Numbered from the stretch's first letter, positions 43,077 through 54,232 are shown. The stretch is DNA of 64,000 nt from an uncultured Acidobacteriota bacterium (GCA_963720545.1 OY970399.1:1600001-1664000); one strand, 5' to 3'. Program-made: numbers and translations. The notes: generated by a model from the letters alone, not told the origin.

Positions 43077-44093
43077 GTGACCCCCAATCCAAAACAGCGG
43101 AAAAAAGTCGCCGCGCGGACCGCCGCCGGGCCGGTGTCGACGTTCATCGAGCGCCACTACCGGCACTTCAACGCGGCGACGCTGCTCGACGCGGCGCGCG
43201 CCTATGCGTCGCACGTCGATCGCGGTGGGGCCATGTTCATGACCCTGGCCGGGGCCATGAGCACCGCCGAACTCGGCCTGTCGCTTGCCGAGATGATCCG
43301 CAAGGGCAAGGTGCACGCCATCTGCTGCACCGGCGCCAACCTCGAAGAGGACGTCTTCAACCTGGTGGCGCACGACTACTACGTGCGCGTGCCCCACTAC
43401 CGCGACCTCACGCCCGGGGACGAGCAGGCCCTCCTCGACCGCCACCTGAACCGCGTCACCGACACCTGCATCCCCGAGGCGGAGGCCATGCGCCGCGTCG
43501 AGAAGGTGATGATCGACGAGTGGCGCGCCGCAGAGAAGCGCGGCGAACGGCTGTTCGCGCACCAGTTCCTGTACCGCGCGCTCAAGCGCCGCGAGCTGAT
43601 CCGCCACTTCCAGGTGCCGACCGAAAGCAGCTGGCTGCACGCGGCGATGGAGAAGAACCTGCCGATTTTCGTGCCCGGCTGGGAAGACTCGACGCTTGGC
43701 AACATGTACGCCGCCGAGTGCATGAATGGCGAGCTGAGCGGCGCGCACACAGTGAAGACCGGCGTCGAGACCATGATCGAGCTGGCCGGCTGGTACACGA
43801 AGGCGTCGAAGCGCCAGTCGATCGGCTTCTTCCAGATCGGCGGCGGCATCGCCGGCGACTTCCCCATCTGCGTCGTGCCGATGCTGCGCCAGGACCTGCG
43901 CCGCGACGTGCCGCTGTGGGGTTACTTCTGCCAGATCAGCGACTCGACCACCAGCTACGGCTCGTACTCGGGCGCCTCTCCCAACGAGAAGATCACCTGG
44001 GAGAAGCTCGCCATCGACACGCCCAAGTTCATCGTCGAGTCCGATGCCACGATCGTGGCGCCGCTGATGTTCGCGCACGTCCTCGGCTGGTGA
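43077..44093 (+). CDS. Deoxyhypusine-synthase-like protein
   Basis: LAGAMSTAELG, CTGANLEED, IGGGIAGDF, SYGSYSGA.PNEKITWEK, ESDATIVAP. Confidence 0.9.
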   Translation: MTPNPKQRKKVAARTAAGPVSTFIERHYRHFNAATLLDAARAYASHVDRGGAMFMTLAGAMSTAELGLSLAEMIRKGKVHAICCTGANLEEDVFNLVAHDYYVRVPHYRDLTPGDEQALLDRHLNRVTDTCIPEAEAMRRVEKVMIDEWRAAEKRGERLFAHQFLYRALKRRELIRHFQVPTESSWLHAAMEKNLPIFVPGWEDSTLGNMYAAECMNGELSGAHTVKTGVETMIELAGWYTKASKRQSIGFFQIGGGIAGDFPICVVPMLRQDLRRDVPLWGYFCQISDSTTSYGSYSGASPNEKITWEKLAIDTPKFIVESDATIVAPLMFAHVLGW

Positions 44094-45070
44094 ACGAGCC
44101 GGTCCTCGTCACCGGCGGCGCCGGCTTCATCGGCAGCGCGCTGGTGCACGGCCTCAACGCGCGCGGTGCCGAGCGCATCCGGGTGGCCGACTTCCCGGGC
44201 GACCCGCTGAAGGAGCGCAACCTCGCGCCGCTGCGCATCGACGGCTTCATCGACGCGCACGAGCTGCCCGCCCTGCTGGAGCGCGGCGCTCTCGACGACG
44301 TCCGCACGGTGCTGCACATGGGTGCCTGCTCGTCCACCACGGAGACGGATGCCCGGTACCTGATGCGGAACAATTTTGCCTACACGGTGAGCCTCGCCGA
44401 GTGGGCGCTGCGGCGCGGCGTTCGTTTTGTGTACGCGTCGTCCGCCGCCACGTACGGGGCACTCGAAGGCGACCTCTCCGACAGCGCCGACCTAGGCGAG
44501 TTGCGACCGCTGAATCTCTACGGCTATTCGAAGCAGCTGTTCGACCAGCTGGCCGCCGCGCGCGGCCTGTTCGACTCGATCACCGGCCTCAAGTACTTCA
44601 ACATCTTCGGCCCCAACGAAGCTCACAAGGGCGACATGCGCAGCATGGCCAGCAAGGCGTTCGAGCAGGTCATGGCCAACGGCCGGGTGCGCCTTTTCAG
44701 GAGCCACCGCTCCGAGTTCCGGGACGGCGAGCAGCTGCGCGACTTCCTCTACATCAAGGATGCGGTGGCGATGACCCTGCATGTCGCCGAGCGCCCGCAG
44801 GCGACCGGGCTCATCAACGTCGGCTCCGGTGAGGCGCACACCTGGCTCGAACTGGTGCGGCCTGTTTTCGCGGCCCTGGGACGGCCGGTGGACATCGAGT
44901 TCATCGACATGCCCGAGGCGCTGCGCGGCAAGTATCAATACAAGACGCGTGCGGTCCTCGACCGCCTGCGTGCCTCCGGCTACGATGCGCCGGTGACTCC
45001 GCTCCCCGACGCCGTACGCGAGTACGTGGCGTCTTACCTCGAACCCGATCGCCGGCTCGGCGAACGCTAG
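44090..45070 (+). CDS. hldD: ADP-L-glycero-D-manno-heptose 6-epimerase
   Basis: [57 protein letters not shown]. Confidence 0.93.
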   Translation: MNEPVLVTGGAGFIGSALVHGLNARGAERIRVADFPGDPLKERNLAPLRIDGFIDAHELPALLERGALDDVRTVLHMGACSSTTETDARYLMRNNFAYTVSLAEWALRRGVRFVYASSAATYGALEGDLSDSADLGELRPLNLYGYSKQLFDQLAAARGLFDSITGLKYFNIFGPNEAHKGDMRSMASKAFEQVMANGRVRLFRSHRSEFRDGEQLRDFLYIKDAVAMTLHVAERPQATGLINVGSGEAHTWLELVRPVFAALGRPVDIEFIDMPEALRGKYQYKTRAVLDRLRASGYDAPVTPLPDAVREYVASYLEPDRRLGER

Positions 45071-45084
45071 AGACAGCAGGCAAC

Positions 45085-46095
45085 TTGGAAAAGAACGTCA
45101 CTCCCGAACACATCATGCAGGTGGGCCTCGGCTTCTGGGGGTCGAAGGTGCTCCTGAGCGCCGTCGGCATGGAACTCTTCACCGTGCTCGCGGATAAGCC
45201 CCTGGACGGCGAGGCATTGCGCACGCGGCTGGGCCTGCATCCGCGCGCGGCGCGCGACTTCTTCGACGCGCTCGTGGCGCTTGGCTTTCTCGAGCGCGAG
45301 CAAGGCGCGTACCGCAACACCGCTGCGACCGGCCTGTTCCTCGACAAGGGCAAGCCGTCCTACATCGGCGGAATGCTCGAGATGGCGAACGAACGCCTGT
45401 TCCGCTTCTGGCACGACCTCCCCGAGGCGCTGCACACCGGCCTGCCGCAAAACGAGGTGAAGCAAGGCGGCGCCTTCTTCGCCGCGCTCTACGCCGAGCC
45501 CGCGCGGCTGCGCGGCTTCCTCTCCGCGATGACCGGCATCAGCCAGCCCGCGAACCAGGCGATCGCCGCGAAGTTCCCCTTCAAGGACCACAAGACGTTC
45601 GTCGATGCCGGAACCGCGCAGGGCGACCTCGCTGCGCAAGTGGCGCTCGCCCACCCGCACCTGCAAGGCACCGGCTTCGACCTGCCGCAGGTCGCATCGA
45701 TCTTCGAAGAGTACGTGAACCAGCTGGGCCTCTCCGGCAGGGTCAAGTTCACGGCCGGCGACTTCTTCAAGGACCCGCTGCCGAAGACGGACGTGGTGAT
45801 GATGGGCCACATCCTGCACGACTGGGACCTCGCGGAGAAGAAGGCGCTCATCCGCAAGGCGTGGGATGCCCTGCCCGCGGGCGGCGCGCTCATCGTCTAC
45901 GAGTCGATCATCGACGACGAGCGCCGCAAGAACGCCTTCGGCCTGCTGATGAGCCTCAACATGCTCATCGAAACTCCGGGCGGCTTCGACTACAGCGGCG
46001 CCGACTGCAGCGGCTGGATGAAGGAGTGCGGCTTCCGCGAGACGCGCGTCGAGCACCTGGTCGGGCCCGACTCGATGGTGGTCGGCATCAAGTAG
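45085..46095 (+). CDS. SAM-dependent O-methyltransferase (dimerisation domain + Methyltransf_2)
   Basis: [45 protein letters not shown]. Confidence 0.88.
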   Translation: MEKNVTPEHIMQVGLGFWGSKVLLSAVGMELFTVLADKPLDGEALRTRLGLHPRAARDFFDALVALGFLEREQGAYRNTAATGLFLDKGKPSYIGGMLEMANERLFRFWHDLPEALHTGLPQNEVKQGGAFFAALYAEPARLRGFLSAMTGISQPANQAIAAKFPFKDHKTFVDAGTAQGDLAAQVALAHPHLQGTGFDLPQVASIFEEYVNQLGLSGRVKFTAGDFFKDPLPKTDVVMMGHILHDWDLAEKKALIRKAWDALPAGGALIVYESIIDDERRKNAFGLLMSLNMLIETPGGFDYSGADCSGWMKECGFRETRVEHLVGPDSMVVGIK

Positions 46096-46099
46096 GCGG

Positions 46100-46909
46100 T
46101 CACTTCGCTGCGAGAGCGTCGGCGCCCGCCGCCACGCTCAGCATCGATATGGAGCCGCCATCGACGCCCTCGACCGGAAAGGAAATGGCGTCGCCGGCTT
46201 GCTGCGTGCCGGCCACGTACAGTAGCGGCAGGTAGTGCTCGGGAGTCGGCACCGCAAGCTGCGCGTCGCTGCCGAGCTTCTCGTAAGCGACGAGCGGACG
46301 GTGGTCGCCGGCGAGCAGCAGGCTCCGGGCCTCGGCCTCGAAGCGCACCGCCCAGTCGTACGGCTCGGGTGCGTGACGCCCCCATGCGTACGCATGCAGG
46401 TTGTGCACCAGGTTGCCGCTGCCGACGATCAGCACGCCTTCGGCGCGGAGCGGCGCGAGCTTCCTTCCGATTTCGTAATGGAACGGCGCCGGCTGCGACT
46501 CATCGATGCTGAGCTGCACCACCGGCACGTCGGCCGCGGGGTAGACGTGGCGGAGCACCGACCACGTGCCATGGTCGAGCCCCCACGAGTCGTCGCGCGC
46601 GACCGCAAGCGGTGCGAGGAGTTGCTGCACTCGCTGCGCCAGTTGCGGATCGCCCGGCGCCGGGTACCGCACCGCGAATAACTCCGGCGGGAACCCGCCG
46701 AAGTCGTGGATGGTGCGCGGCGCGGTGCTGACGGTGACGGCTGTCGACGGAACGAACCAGTGCGCCGAGACCGAGAGGATCGCTCTCGGCCGCGGCGTCA
46801 CCGCGCCGATCCGGCGCCAGCCCTCGGTGTAGGCGTTCGTCGCCAGCGCGTTCATCGGGTTGCCGTGGCCGAAGAAGATCGCCGGCAGGTTGTGCGCGTC
46901 GTCCGTCAT
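46100..46909 (-). CDS. ygiD: 4,5-DOPA extradiol dioxygenase (LigB family)
   Basis: FFGHGNPMNAL, SAHW, TIHDFGGFP, WGLDHGTW, GSGNLVHNL, PTPEHYLPL. Confidence 0.92.
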   Translation of the reverse strand: MTDDAHNLPAIFFGHGNPMNALATNAYTEGWRRIGAVTPRPRAILSVSAHWFVPSTAVTVSTAPRTIHDFGGFPPELFAVRYPAPGDPQLAQRVQQLLAPLAVARDDSWGLDHGTWSVLRHVYPAADVPVVQLSIDESQPAPFHYEIGRKLAPLRAEGVLIVGSGNLVHNLHAYAWGRHAPEPYDWAVRFEAEARSLLLAGDHRPLVAYEKLGSDAQLAVPTPEHYLPLLYVAGTQQAGDAISFPVEGVDGGSISMLSVAAGADALAAK

Positions 46910-46924
46910 GCGTATCGCAGTATG

Positions 46925-47455
46925 TCACCGTCCCAGTGCAGCGCGGATCGCTGCCAGGTGATGGTAGCTGTGGCGCACGGCGTGATCCTCGAGAAAGAAC
47001 TGGCACGTCAGGGGCGCGTCGGCGTTCAGCGACACGGCGGCCGCGCTGTCGAGCTGCTGGTCCGATAGCGAACGGATCGCCGCCGCGGCGGCGGCGCTGT
47101 TTCGGTACAGCAAGTCGAGCGCGGCATCCGGGCCCACCGACTCGTGCTTGCGTGCGTGCTCGGCGTTCATCGCGTGCACCGCCGCCCAACTGACGCCGGC
47201 GATCGGGTTGCCGCCCGCCAGGCTCAGGGCCAGCTGGATCTCCAGCGGATACATCGTGGCGACGTGGTGTACCACGACGCCTACCGGGCGCCCATCGCCG
47301 GGCAAGCGCTTTTGCCACTGGGCATCGTCAAGCGATTCAGCAAGCTCAGCGAGCGCGCGAGCGCCGCGCTCCAGCCGTTCGGCCAGCGCCTCGGCGCGCG
47401 AACTTGAAATTTCCTTGTCACCCTGTTGCTGCACGACATCCAAAACGGTGGTCAT
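46925..47455 (-). CDS. DinB-like four-helix protein
   Basis: GVVVHHVA..YP.E and HAVRHSYHH metal-type His motifs; AAAGGA RBS. Confidence 0.72.
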   Translation of the reverse strand: MTTVLDVVQQQGDKEISSSRAEALAERLERGARALAELAESLDDAQWQKRLPGDGRPVGVVVHHVATMYPLEIQLALSLAGGNPIAGVSWAAVHAMNAEHARKHESVGPDAALDLLYRNSAAAAAAIRSLSDQQLDSAAAVSLNADAPLTCQFFLEDHAVRHSYHHLAAIRAALGR

Positions 47456-47625
47456 CAACTTGTCCTTTCGGGCCGCCGAAAGCGGCACTGAGAACCACTA
47501 CGTTTGGTTTCGTCGGATTGCTGACAGCCCAGCGTTTTTTTGCACGGCCTGAGAAAGGACTCAGAAATCGATCAGTAGGCCAGCTTTGGCATGCATCATG
47601 GAGTAGAGAGGCAAGGCAATGAACA

Positions 47626-48753
47626 ATGCGGATCCTGAGATGGAGCGGCGTGCCGTTGGTCGGGCTCGCGGCAATCGGCGGGGTGTGGCTCCTCTCCCTG
47701 CCGCAAGCAGCCGCGACCACGGCCGCGACGCCAATCTCGCCGCAGGAGGCAGAGACAATTCTCGAAGCGCTCAAGCCGCCAAAGCGCGCGCGGCCGGTTA
47801 TTGCAATCGTTGGCATCAACGACGCCACGGAAGTGACCGACTACCTCATGCCTTTTGGGGTGCTGCGGCGCGCGGATGTCGCCGACGTGACGCTGCTGGC
47901 AACGGGGCCGGGGCCGGTGAAGCTATTTCCGGTGCTCACGGTCGAACCGGAGGCGACTGTGGCGGCGTTCGATGCACAAAGCCCGCAGGGCGCCGATTAC
48001 GTGATCGTCCCAGCCATGAGCCGCGACAACGATCCGGTAGTCCTCGCATGGCTCAAGAGCCAGGCTGCGAATGGCGCGACCATCATCGGCGTGTGCGCCG
48101 GCGCCAAGGTCGTCGCCGCAGCCAGGCTGCTGGACGGCAAACGGGCGACAACCCACTGGTATTACCTCGACGAGTTGCGCAGGAAGCATCCTGCGGTTCA
48201 CTACATCGCCGATCGGCGACTGGTGGTAGACAAAGGAGTCGCCACCACCACTGGAATCAGCGCGTCATTACCCGTGGCGCTGACCTTGATTGAAGCGATC
48301 GCGGGGCGCGCGAAGGCCGAGGCTGTCGGCCGCAGCATCGGCGTTCCGCGATGGGATGCACGGCACAATAGCGGCGCCTTCCGGTTCACGCGACCATTCG
48401 CCATGGCCGCCATCGGCAATACCGCAGCCTTTTGGAATCGCGAGCGTCTCGGCATCGAGCTGACGCCCGGCATCGACGAAGTCTCGCTCGCACTGGCCGC
48501 CGATGCCTGGACACGCACGTACCGGTCGCACGCCATCACGTTCTCTCCCACCGCTGGCGCTCAGCGGTCGCGCAACGGCGTCGGCGTCCTGCCCGACAAG
48601 ATCATGGCGAACTGGCCCGCGCAAACACTGCTTCCAGCCATTGGCGAGCGCCAACCGGCCCTCGTCCTCGACGACACACTTCAGGCCATCGGCGCCCGCT
48701 ACGGCGCGCGCACCGCGGACTTCGTCGCAATGCAGCTCGAATACCCGCGATAA
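47626..48753 (+). CDS. DJ-1/PfpI family protein (secreted or membrane-anchored)
   Basis: EVTDYLMP, YVIVPA, GVCAGA, LLDGKRATTHW, TTTGISAS. Confidence 0.85.
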   Translation: MRILRWSGVPLVGLAAIGGVWLLSLPQAAATTAATPISPQEAETILEALKPPKRARPVIAIVGINDATEVTDYLMPFGVLRRADVADVTLLATGPGPVKLFPVLTVEPEATVAAFDAQSPQGADYVIVPAMSRDNDPVVLAWLKSQAANGATIIGVCAGAKVVAAARLLDGKRATTHWYYLDELRRKHPAVHYIADRRLVVDKGVATTTGISASLPVALTLIEAIAGRAKAEAVGRSIGVPRWDARHNSGAFRFTRPFAMAAIGNTAAFWNRERLGIELTPGIDEVSLALAADAWTRTYRSHAITFSPTAGAQRSRNGVGVLPDKIMANWPAQTLLPAIGERQPALVLDDTLQAIGARYGARTADFVAMQLEYPR

Positions 48754-48759
48754 TCGCGC

Positions 48760-48903
48760 ATGCGGATCGCCGGCGCCGGTCATGCGGTTTTCGCGGCGAC
48801 GATGATCACGCTGGCAATCCTTGGACTGGTCACGGGGGATTTCGCGCCGATATGGCAGCCAGTGCCCAAAGGGCTGCCTGCGCGCGAGACGCTCGCCTAT
48901 TTG
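48760..48903 (+). pseudogene. 5' remnant of a DoxX-like membrane gene
   Basis: First 48 codons are 38/48 identical to the protein at 50930; similarity then stops where the convergent gene ends. Confidence 0.75.
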
Positions 48904-50618
48904 ATCAGCGTGTTCCTGCTCCGGCAGGGCGTGCCCCGGAGGGGCGACGCGGCCCCTTGCGGCAACGAGTACGGCTCCTGGGGTGCTGCCGCTGTGAGCT
49001 CTTTCATTTTTTCCGGGCTCCGAACCTTCAGAAGGTATCCCGGCACCCGACGGAGCGGCGAGAAGTACGCGGCCATACTCGCGCGCAGGCTCCAGGCCGC
49101 TTTCGGGTTGACAGCGAAGAAACCAACCCGCTCGCCGTTCGGCGGCACTTCGACCTCACCGACCTTGATCCACTCGCTTGGCACCAGAGGAACAACCCAG
49201 CTCCATCCGAGCGAGACGATTGCGATCGTGGGCCGGTTTTTCGCCGTCCAGGTCAGCACGTCCCTGCTTGTGTAGTGGCCCGTGCGCCGCATAATCTCGA
49301 GCGGTTCTATGTCGCCCAGAGCAGCAAGGTCCAGTATCCTGGCCTGGGTGTAGTAGGTGACCGCGCCAAGATCGTTGACGATCACAGCCTCGCCAGGATA
49401 GTAGGTTCGGATGAACAGCGCCGTTTGATACTGCTCGAGATAGGTATTTCGCATTCCGCGGATCTCGGCGGCCGCAGTAAGGCCCTCCCGGACGTCGGCA
49501 ACGATCCCCACCAGCGAAGCCACGAGAAGCGCCGGCACGAAGTGTTGGGCGAGAACTCCCGGCGTGCGCCACTCGGCCAGCACGACGGTCGTCACAAAGA
49601 TCCCAAACGCGACAAGATAGCCGTCGTACCGGTACGCCCAGTACATTGGTGAGAAGACGTAGTGCCCGTGCGCCACGATCATCACGGCGAGGAGGAGCGG
49701 AAACAGGACTTGCGGCCGCCAGAAGTCACGGTACGAATACCACTGCACGAGCGCGCTGATCAAACCGATTGCAAGGAGGATCGGCAGCGCGCGGTTATTT
49801 TGCAGAAACGCCAGATCTTCGGCGCCGAAGGGCTTGATGAGGGCCGAAACCGTCGACACCGACTGGCCGGCGGCTTTGAGCATCAACGAGTTTGGCAGGA
49901 AAAACCCGCCGTTCGCCACGGAGATCGCGCCAAAGGCCACAACCGGGACAAGCGCAGCGGCGCCGATCGAGACTCCCCGGAAGAACTGGCGACGGGCAAG
50001 GAAGCCGAGGCAAGCTGGACCAACGAGGAAGAATCCCTCGTACCGCGCCGCGCCAAGCAGCGCGCCCAAGACGCACAACCCGATTGTCCGGCGGCGCTGG
50101 GCCAGCGGATCCTCGGGCCGGCTCGTCAATGCTTCGACCGCTGCCGCCGCAAACCAGATCGTCACCAGAAGGTGAAGAATGTGTTCCATCCCCATCAGCA
50201 CCATTCCGGTCATGGGAACCGCGACCACGAGTCCGAGCAGCGCCGCCGCTCGCAGGACCGGCAACGCGCCGAAACGGAGCAGGTAGCGGTTGGTTACCGC
50301 CAGCGTCACCACGACAAGGGCAATGTTGAGGACGAGCGGTATCGCGTCGTGCACGTGGAACGCCCGATCGGCCATGCCGAGGACGAATGTCCACAGCAAC
50401 GACGAAGACGATGAAGAGAAATGAAAGGGAGTGCAGCCCCAGATACCGTGGCTTGCGAAGTTCTTGGCCACGGCCATGTGAATGTAGGCATCATCAAGGG
50501 CGTAGATGAGATGGCCGTCCGTACACCGCATCGCGGCACGCAGGGCGGCGGCGAGGGATACCAGGAACCCCGTCACTGGGAGCAGCAACGGAGACCGCCA
50601 CAGGCGACGCAAACGCAT
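48897..50618 (-). CDS. Multi-pass membrane protein, probable GT-C-fold glycosyltransferase
   Basis: N-terminal TM then [29 protein letters not shown]...K, periplasmic C-domain DLGAV.Y...ILDL..L. Confidence 0.7.
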   Translation of the reverse strand: MRLRRLWRSPLLLPVTGFLVSLAAALRAAMRCTDGHLIYALDDAYIHMAVAKNFASHGIWGCTPFHFSSSSSSLLWTFVLGMADRAFHVHDAIPLVLNIALVVVTLAVTNRYLLRFGALPVLRAAALLGLVVAVPMTGMVLMGMEHILHLLVTIWFAAAAVEALTSRPEDPLAQRRRTIGLCVLGALLGAARYEGFFLVGPACLGFLARRQFFRGVSIGAAALVPVVAFGAISVANGGFFLPNSLMLKAAGQSVSTVSALIKPFGAEDLAFLQNNRALPILLAIGLISALVQWYSYRDFWRPQVLFPLLLAVMIVAHGHYVFSPMYWAYRYDGYLVAFGIFVTTVVLAEWRTPGVLAQHFVPALLVASLVGIVADVREGLTAAAEIRGMRNTYLEQYQTALFIRTYYPGEAVIVNDLGAVTYYTQARILDLAALGDIEPLEIMRRTGHYTSRDVLTWTAKNRPTIAIVSLGWSWVVPLVPSEWIKVGEVEVPPNGERVGFFAVNPKAAWSLRASMAAYFSPLRRVPGYLLKVRSPEKMKELTAAAPQEPYSLPQGAASPLRGTPCRSRNTLIK

Positions 50619-50882
50619 CGCGCTCGGTTTGCCTGTGAGATCGAAGAACGCGGCGCTCAACCTTGGCGTCTCCACCGTTCACACAGCCTTCGCCGCCTCG
50701 ACGTTCGGCGCGTGGGTTCGAGCGCGACGGAAAGCCCGTCGGAGGGTAACACGACGCGAGTCGGCTGCGCCCCAGCGCCGGACGCTGGTTCGGGCGCCGG
50801 CAAGCCTTTGAAACAAGAGCATCAAGCTGCGCCGGGCTTAATCGGCAGACGAATCCGTGGGAATTGTCGCGGCCCCGGGTGA

Positions 50883-50906
50883 AATTGGCTCCTCAGGTAG
50901 GATTCG
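50883..50906 (-). repeat. att-like copy of the tRNA-Asn 3' end
   Basis: AATTGGCTCCTCAGGTAGGATTCG matches 57959-57982 at 23/24. Confidence 0.85.
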
Positions 50907-50929
50907 GCGGGCTGCCGGAGGAGAGGACG

Positions 50930-51694
50930 ATGCGCCTTGCAAGCGTTGGTCATGCGGTTTTTGCGGCGACCCTGATCGCCCTCGGAATCCTGGGCTTGGT
51001 CAAAGGCGATTTCGCCCCGATATGGCAGCCGGTACCCACGGGAGCACCCGCACGCGAGGCCCTCGCCTATCTCTGTGTCGCTATCTCTCTGGCTTGCGGC
51101 ATTGGCCTCTTCCTCAGGCGTACCTCCGCCGCCGCTTCCCGCGTGTTGTGGATCTATCTGGCGCTCTGGTTGTTGCTCTTCAAGGTGCGCTTCATCCTGC
51201 GCGCTCCCTTGGTCGAAGGTTCGTATCAAACGAACGGCGAGACCGCAGTGATCGTGGCCGGCGCCTGGGTCCTCTACGCCTGGTTCGCGAACCCGTGGGA
51301 CAGGCGATGGCTGGGCTTCGCCGTCGGCGACAGGGGTGTTCGCAAGGCGCGTGTGCTCTATGGCCTCGCCATGATCGCCTTCGGCTTGTCGCACTTCGTA
51401 TACCTGAACCTGACCGCGCCGCTGGTCCCGAGGTGGCTGCCAGCGCCCGTGTTCTGGGCGTACTTCACCGGTGGCGCTTTCCTGGCCGCGGGTGCGGCGG
51501 TGCTCACGGGTGTGTGTGCGCGCTTGGCAGTCGCGCTCACGACACTGCAGATCGGCCTCTTCACCTTGCTGATCTGGGTACCGCTTGTCCTGGCCGGAAA
51601 CATCAGCCCGGGCCAATGGGGCGAGTTCGTGGTCTCGTGGACGATCACGGCCGGCAGCTGGGTAGTCGCCGACTCCTACCGCCGCAATCCTTAG
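50930..51694 (+). CDS. DoxX-like membrane protein
   Basis: GGAGGAG RBS; ~7 TM; FGLSHF.Y...TA.LVP.WLP..FWAYFTG. Confidence 0.78.
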   Translation: MRLASVGHAVFAATLIALGILGLVKGDFAPIWQPVPTGAPAREALAYLCVAISLACGIGLFLRRTSAAASRVLWIYLALWLLLFKVRFILRAPLVEGSYQTNGETAVIVAGAWVLYAWFANPWDRRWLGFAVGDRGVRKARVLYGLAMIAFGLSHFVYLNLTAPLVPRWLPAPVFWAYFTGGAFLAAGAAVLTGVCARLAVALTTLQIGLFTLLIWVPLVLAGNISPGQWGEFVVSWTITAGSWVVADSYRRNP

Positions 51695-51713
51695 GATGCA
51701 GGACCGAATAGAC

Positions 51714-51748
51714 TTGACAAACCTGTACGGACGACTTAATTTGTCCGT
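51714..51748 (+). promoter_or_regulatory. Promoter with an overlapping inverted-repeat operator for the HTH regulator
   Basis: TTGACA (51714-51719), 17 bp, TAATTT (51737-51742); ACGGAC-N10-GTCCGT (51727-51748). Confidence 0.6.
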
Positions 51749-51769
51749 CCAAAGCCAATAACCGTCCAC

Positions 51770-52405
51770 ATGAACGCGGACCGCCTCGACATCATCGACG
51801 ACCCCGCCCGCGCCCGGGTGGCGCTGCAGCCGATACGGTTGCGGCTCCTCCATCTGCTCGAGCGGCCGCAATCGGCGCCGCAAGTCGCGAAAGCCATGGG
51901 CATGCCCCGCCAGCGGGTGCTGTATCACCTGCGGACGCTCGAGGCGCAGCGGCTGGTGGAGGCGCAAGAGCACGGCAGCGTCGGCCGCCGCATCGATCGC
52001 TCCTACGTCCGCACCGCGACGTCGTACGCCATCGCGCCGAAGACGCTGGGAGGCGTCGCCGTCGATGCGCGGACGGTCGCCGACGCGTTTTCTTCCGCCT
52101 ACCTGTCGGCGGTGGCGGGCCGGGCGCTGAACGACCTCGCCGCGCTCGGCCGAGCCGCCGCCGCTCGCGGCAAGCGCGTGCCGACGCTCACGCTCGAAAC
52201 CGAAGTGCGGTTTGCAACGCCGGCCGATCAGCGACGGTTCGCCGACGAGCTCACCACTGCTCTCGCCACCCTGGCCGCGAAGTACCACCACCCCGACGCG
52301 ACAAAGGGCCGCACGTTCCGGGTGTTCGCGTGCGGCTACCCCGCCGTGCCGTCACGCGCGGCCGAACCCGAAGGCGGCCGTGAGGCCGACATGGAGGCGA
52401 AGTGA
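51770..52405 (+). CDS. ArsR-like winged-HTH transcriptional regulator
   Basis: LQPIRLRLLHLL..PQSA..VA..MG.PRQRV.YHLR.LE..LV. Confidence 0.85.
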   Translation: MNADRLDIIDDPARARVALQPIRLRLLHLLERPQSAPQVAKAMGMPRQRVLYHLRTLEAQRLVEAQEHGSVGRRIDRSYVRTATSYAIAPKTLGGVAVDARTVADAFSSAYLSAVAGRALNDLAALGRAAAARGKRVPTLTLETEVRFATPADQRRFADELTTALATLAAKYHHPDATKGRTFRVFACGYPAVPSRAAEPEGGREADMEAK

Positions 52406-53214
52406 CCAACGACCGCAAGCCCACCGACCGAGGATCGACCTGACCATCGACATCGACGCCACACTCGAGGAGGTGTGGCAGGCGCTGACGACCGGCGAGG
52501 GCATCGCCCGCTGGTTTGCGCCGCTACGCCGCCGTGACGCCGGGCGAAGGCGGCAGCGTCAGCGTCGGCTGGGACCCGAAGGAGATGTGGAGCGCAGCCG
52601 ATCACGGTGTGGGAGCCGCAGCGGCGGATGCAGACCGCCGGTGAGATGCCGGCGGCCGACGGCCGCATGGTGCGCCTCGCCGTCGACTATCACCTGGAAG
52701 TCCAGGGCGGCCGAGTGCGGGTCCGCCTGGTGCACTCGGGCTTCGACGACAGGCTCCTGGGACGACTACATCGACGGGCTCGACGCCGGCTGGACCTTCT
52801 TCCTGTTCAACCTGAAGCACGCGCTCGAACGCCATCGCGGCGTCGATCGCCAGCAGCTGTCCGCACGCTTCCGCACCACCGCGCGCGCCGGCGAGGACCA
52901 TCCGGTCTTCGGCGCGAAGGGCTTGCGCGTGCAACCTGCAGTTGGCGAGCTACGGCCGGGCGACGCCTGTCGCCTCTCACTTGGCGGCGTCGAGGTCGAC
53001 GCCACCGTGGCCGTGCGGCACGCAGCGCGCACCATCGCCTTCGTCGTACCGGCGTGGAACGATGCGCTACTGTTCGTCGAACGCGAAGGGATGAAGGAGA
53101 CGCACCACGTGGGCGTCTGGCTGTCGCTCTACGGAGTGCCCGAGACGACCGCGGCGCCGCTGCGGCAGGGACTGGCCGACTTGCGAGTCGGCGCTCGAGG
53201 CGCCGAAAGAATGA
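52402..53214 (+). pseudogene. SRPBCC/AHSA1-domain gene broken by about five frameshifts
   Basis: Coherent segments (IDATLEEVWQALTTGEGIARWF; YAAVTPGEGG; ITVWEP; VRLVHSGF; WDDY..GW.FFL.NLKHALE; ESALEAPKE*) fall in alternating frames. Confidence 0.75.
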
Positions 53215-53479
53215 AGCTTGAGGTTCTCCGGCCGGAATTGACGGCGGCGATCAATTGCGCGTCCGGAACTCGAAGTTCGCGTAGCGCTCCGCGATCAGCG
53301 CGTCGTTGTACGCCTAACCGGTCGACGTCAGACGATTGGCGTGGTCAGCAGCGCCGAGGATATCCACGGTGTCGTTCCACGCGCCTGCCACCAACCGCGC
53401 TGCGGATGCGTGGGCACGCTTAAATACTTGATTCTCGCCGCAACCGCGACGCCTGACGTTCGATTCGACACGTCGCCGC

Positions 53480-54094
53480 TCAGTTCATTCGCTGGAATCG
53501 GCAGTAGACGAGGGACTGTGCGACACCCCATGGGGTCGTGTGGACGTGCGGAACGAACTCGAGGAGCTGCAAGTCGGGTCCGAGTTCTTCTGCCAGCGTG
53601 GCTGGTGAATAGCGCTGCACCGGCAGGCCACTGCATCGGTCTGGCCCATCCAAGGCGAATGTCGCGAATATCGCCGTTCCCCTTTGTTTGAGGATCGCCA
53701 AGAGTCGCGAACGATAACGATGCCGATCCTCAGGAGCCGTCAAGAAATGGAACACTGCGCGGTCGTGCCAAATGTCCATCGGCTTCAAAGACCAATCTGA
53801 GGTGACATCCGCTTCAATCCAAATCGGCACGGAGGCGGCACTGCCGAGGCGCGAGCGCGCGCGTTTCAGCGCGGATCCGGAGACGTCGAGGACGGCCAGA
53901 CAATCGAGGCCACGAGCCGCCAGCTGGTCGACGAGACGCGAGTCGCCTCCGCCGACATCGATGACGCAGGTGTCGGTGGCAAGTCCTGCGGATTCCATCA
54001 TGCGCAGAGACACCTCCGGGAACGCCTCGAACCAGCTCACCTGCTGTTCGCCCTTGTTGCTGTAGACCGATTCCCAATGCCGCTGTCGATGCAT
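53480..54094 (-). CDS. Class I SAM-dependent methyltransferase
   Basis: HWESVY..K...VSW, IDVGGGDSRLVD, WHDRAVFHFL, GP.RCSGLPV. Confidence 0.88.
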   Translation of the reverse strand: MHRQRHWESVYSNKGEQQVSWFEAFPEVSLRMMESAGLATDTCVIDVGGGDSRLVDQLAARGLDCLAVLDVSGSALKRARSRLGSAASVPIWIEADVTSDWSLKPMDIWHDRAVFHFLTAPEDRHRYRSRLLAILKQRGTAIFATFALDGPDRCSGLPVQRYSPATLAEELGPDLQLLEFVPHVHTTPWGVAQSLVYCRFQRMN

Positions 54095-54232
54095 GTGCGT
54101 CTCCCAATGCCGGACTCGTCAGCAGCTCGATCCTACGCGCAGTCTGCCGGACCATGACCGACTTGGCTGTGGAGACGAAGCAGGACCGCTAACCGCGACA
54201 ATTCGGCGCTTGCCTACACCTGGTCTAGGAGC

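Noticed and set aside
47586..47603. Sigma54-like TTGGCATGCATCATGGA upstream of the DJ-1 gene
   Set aside because: The -12 element lacks the conserved GC
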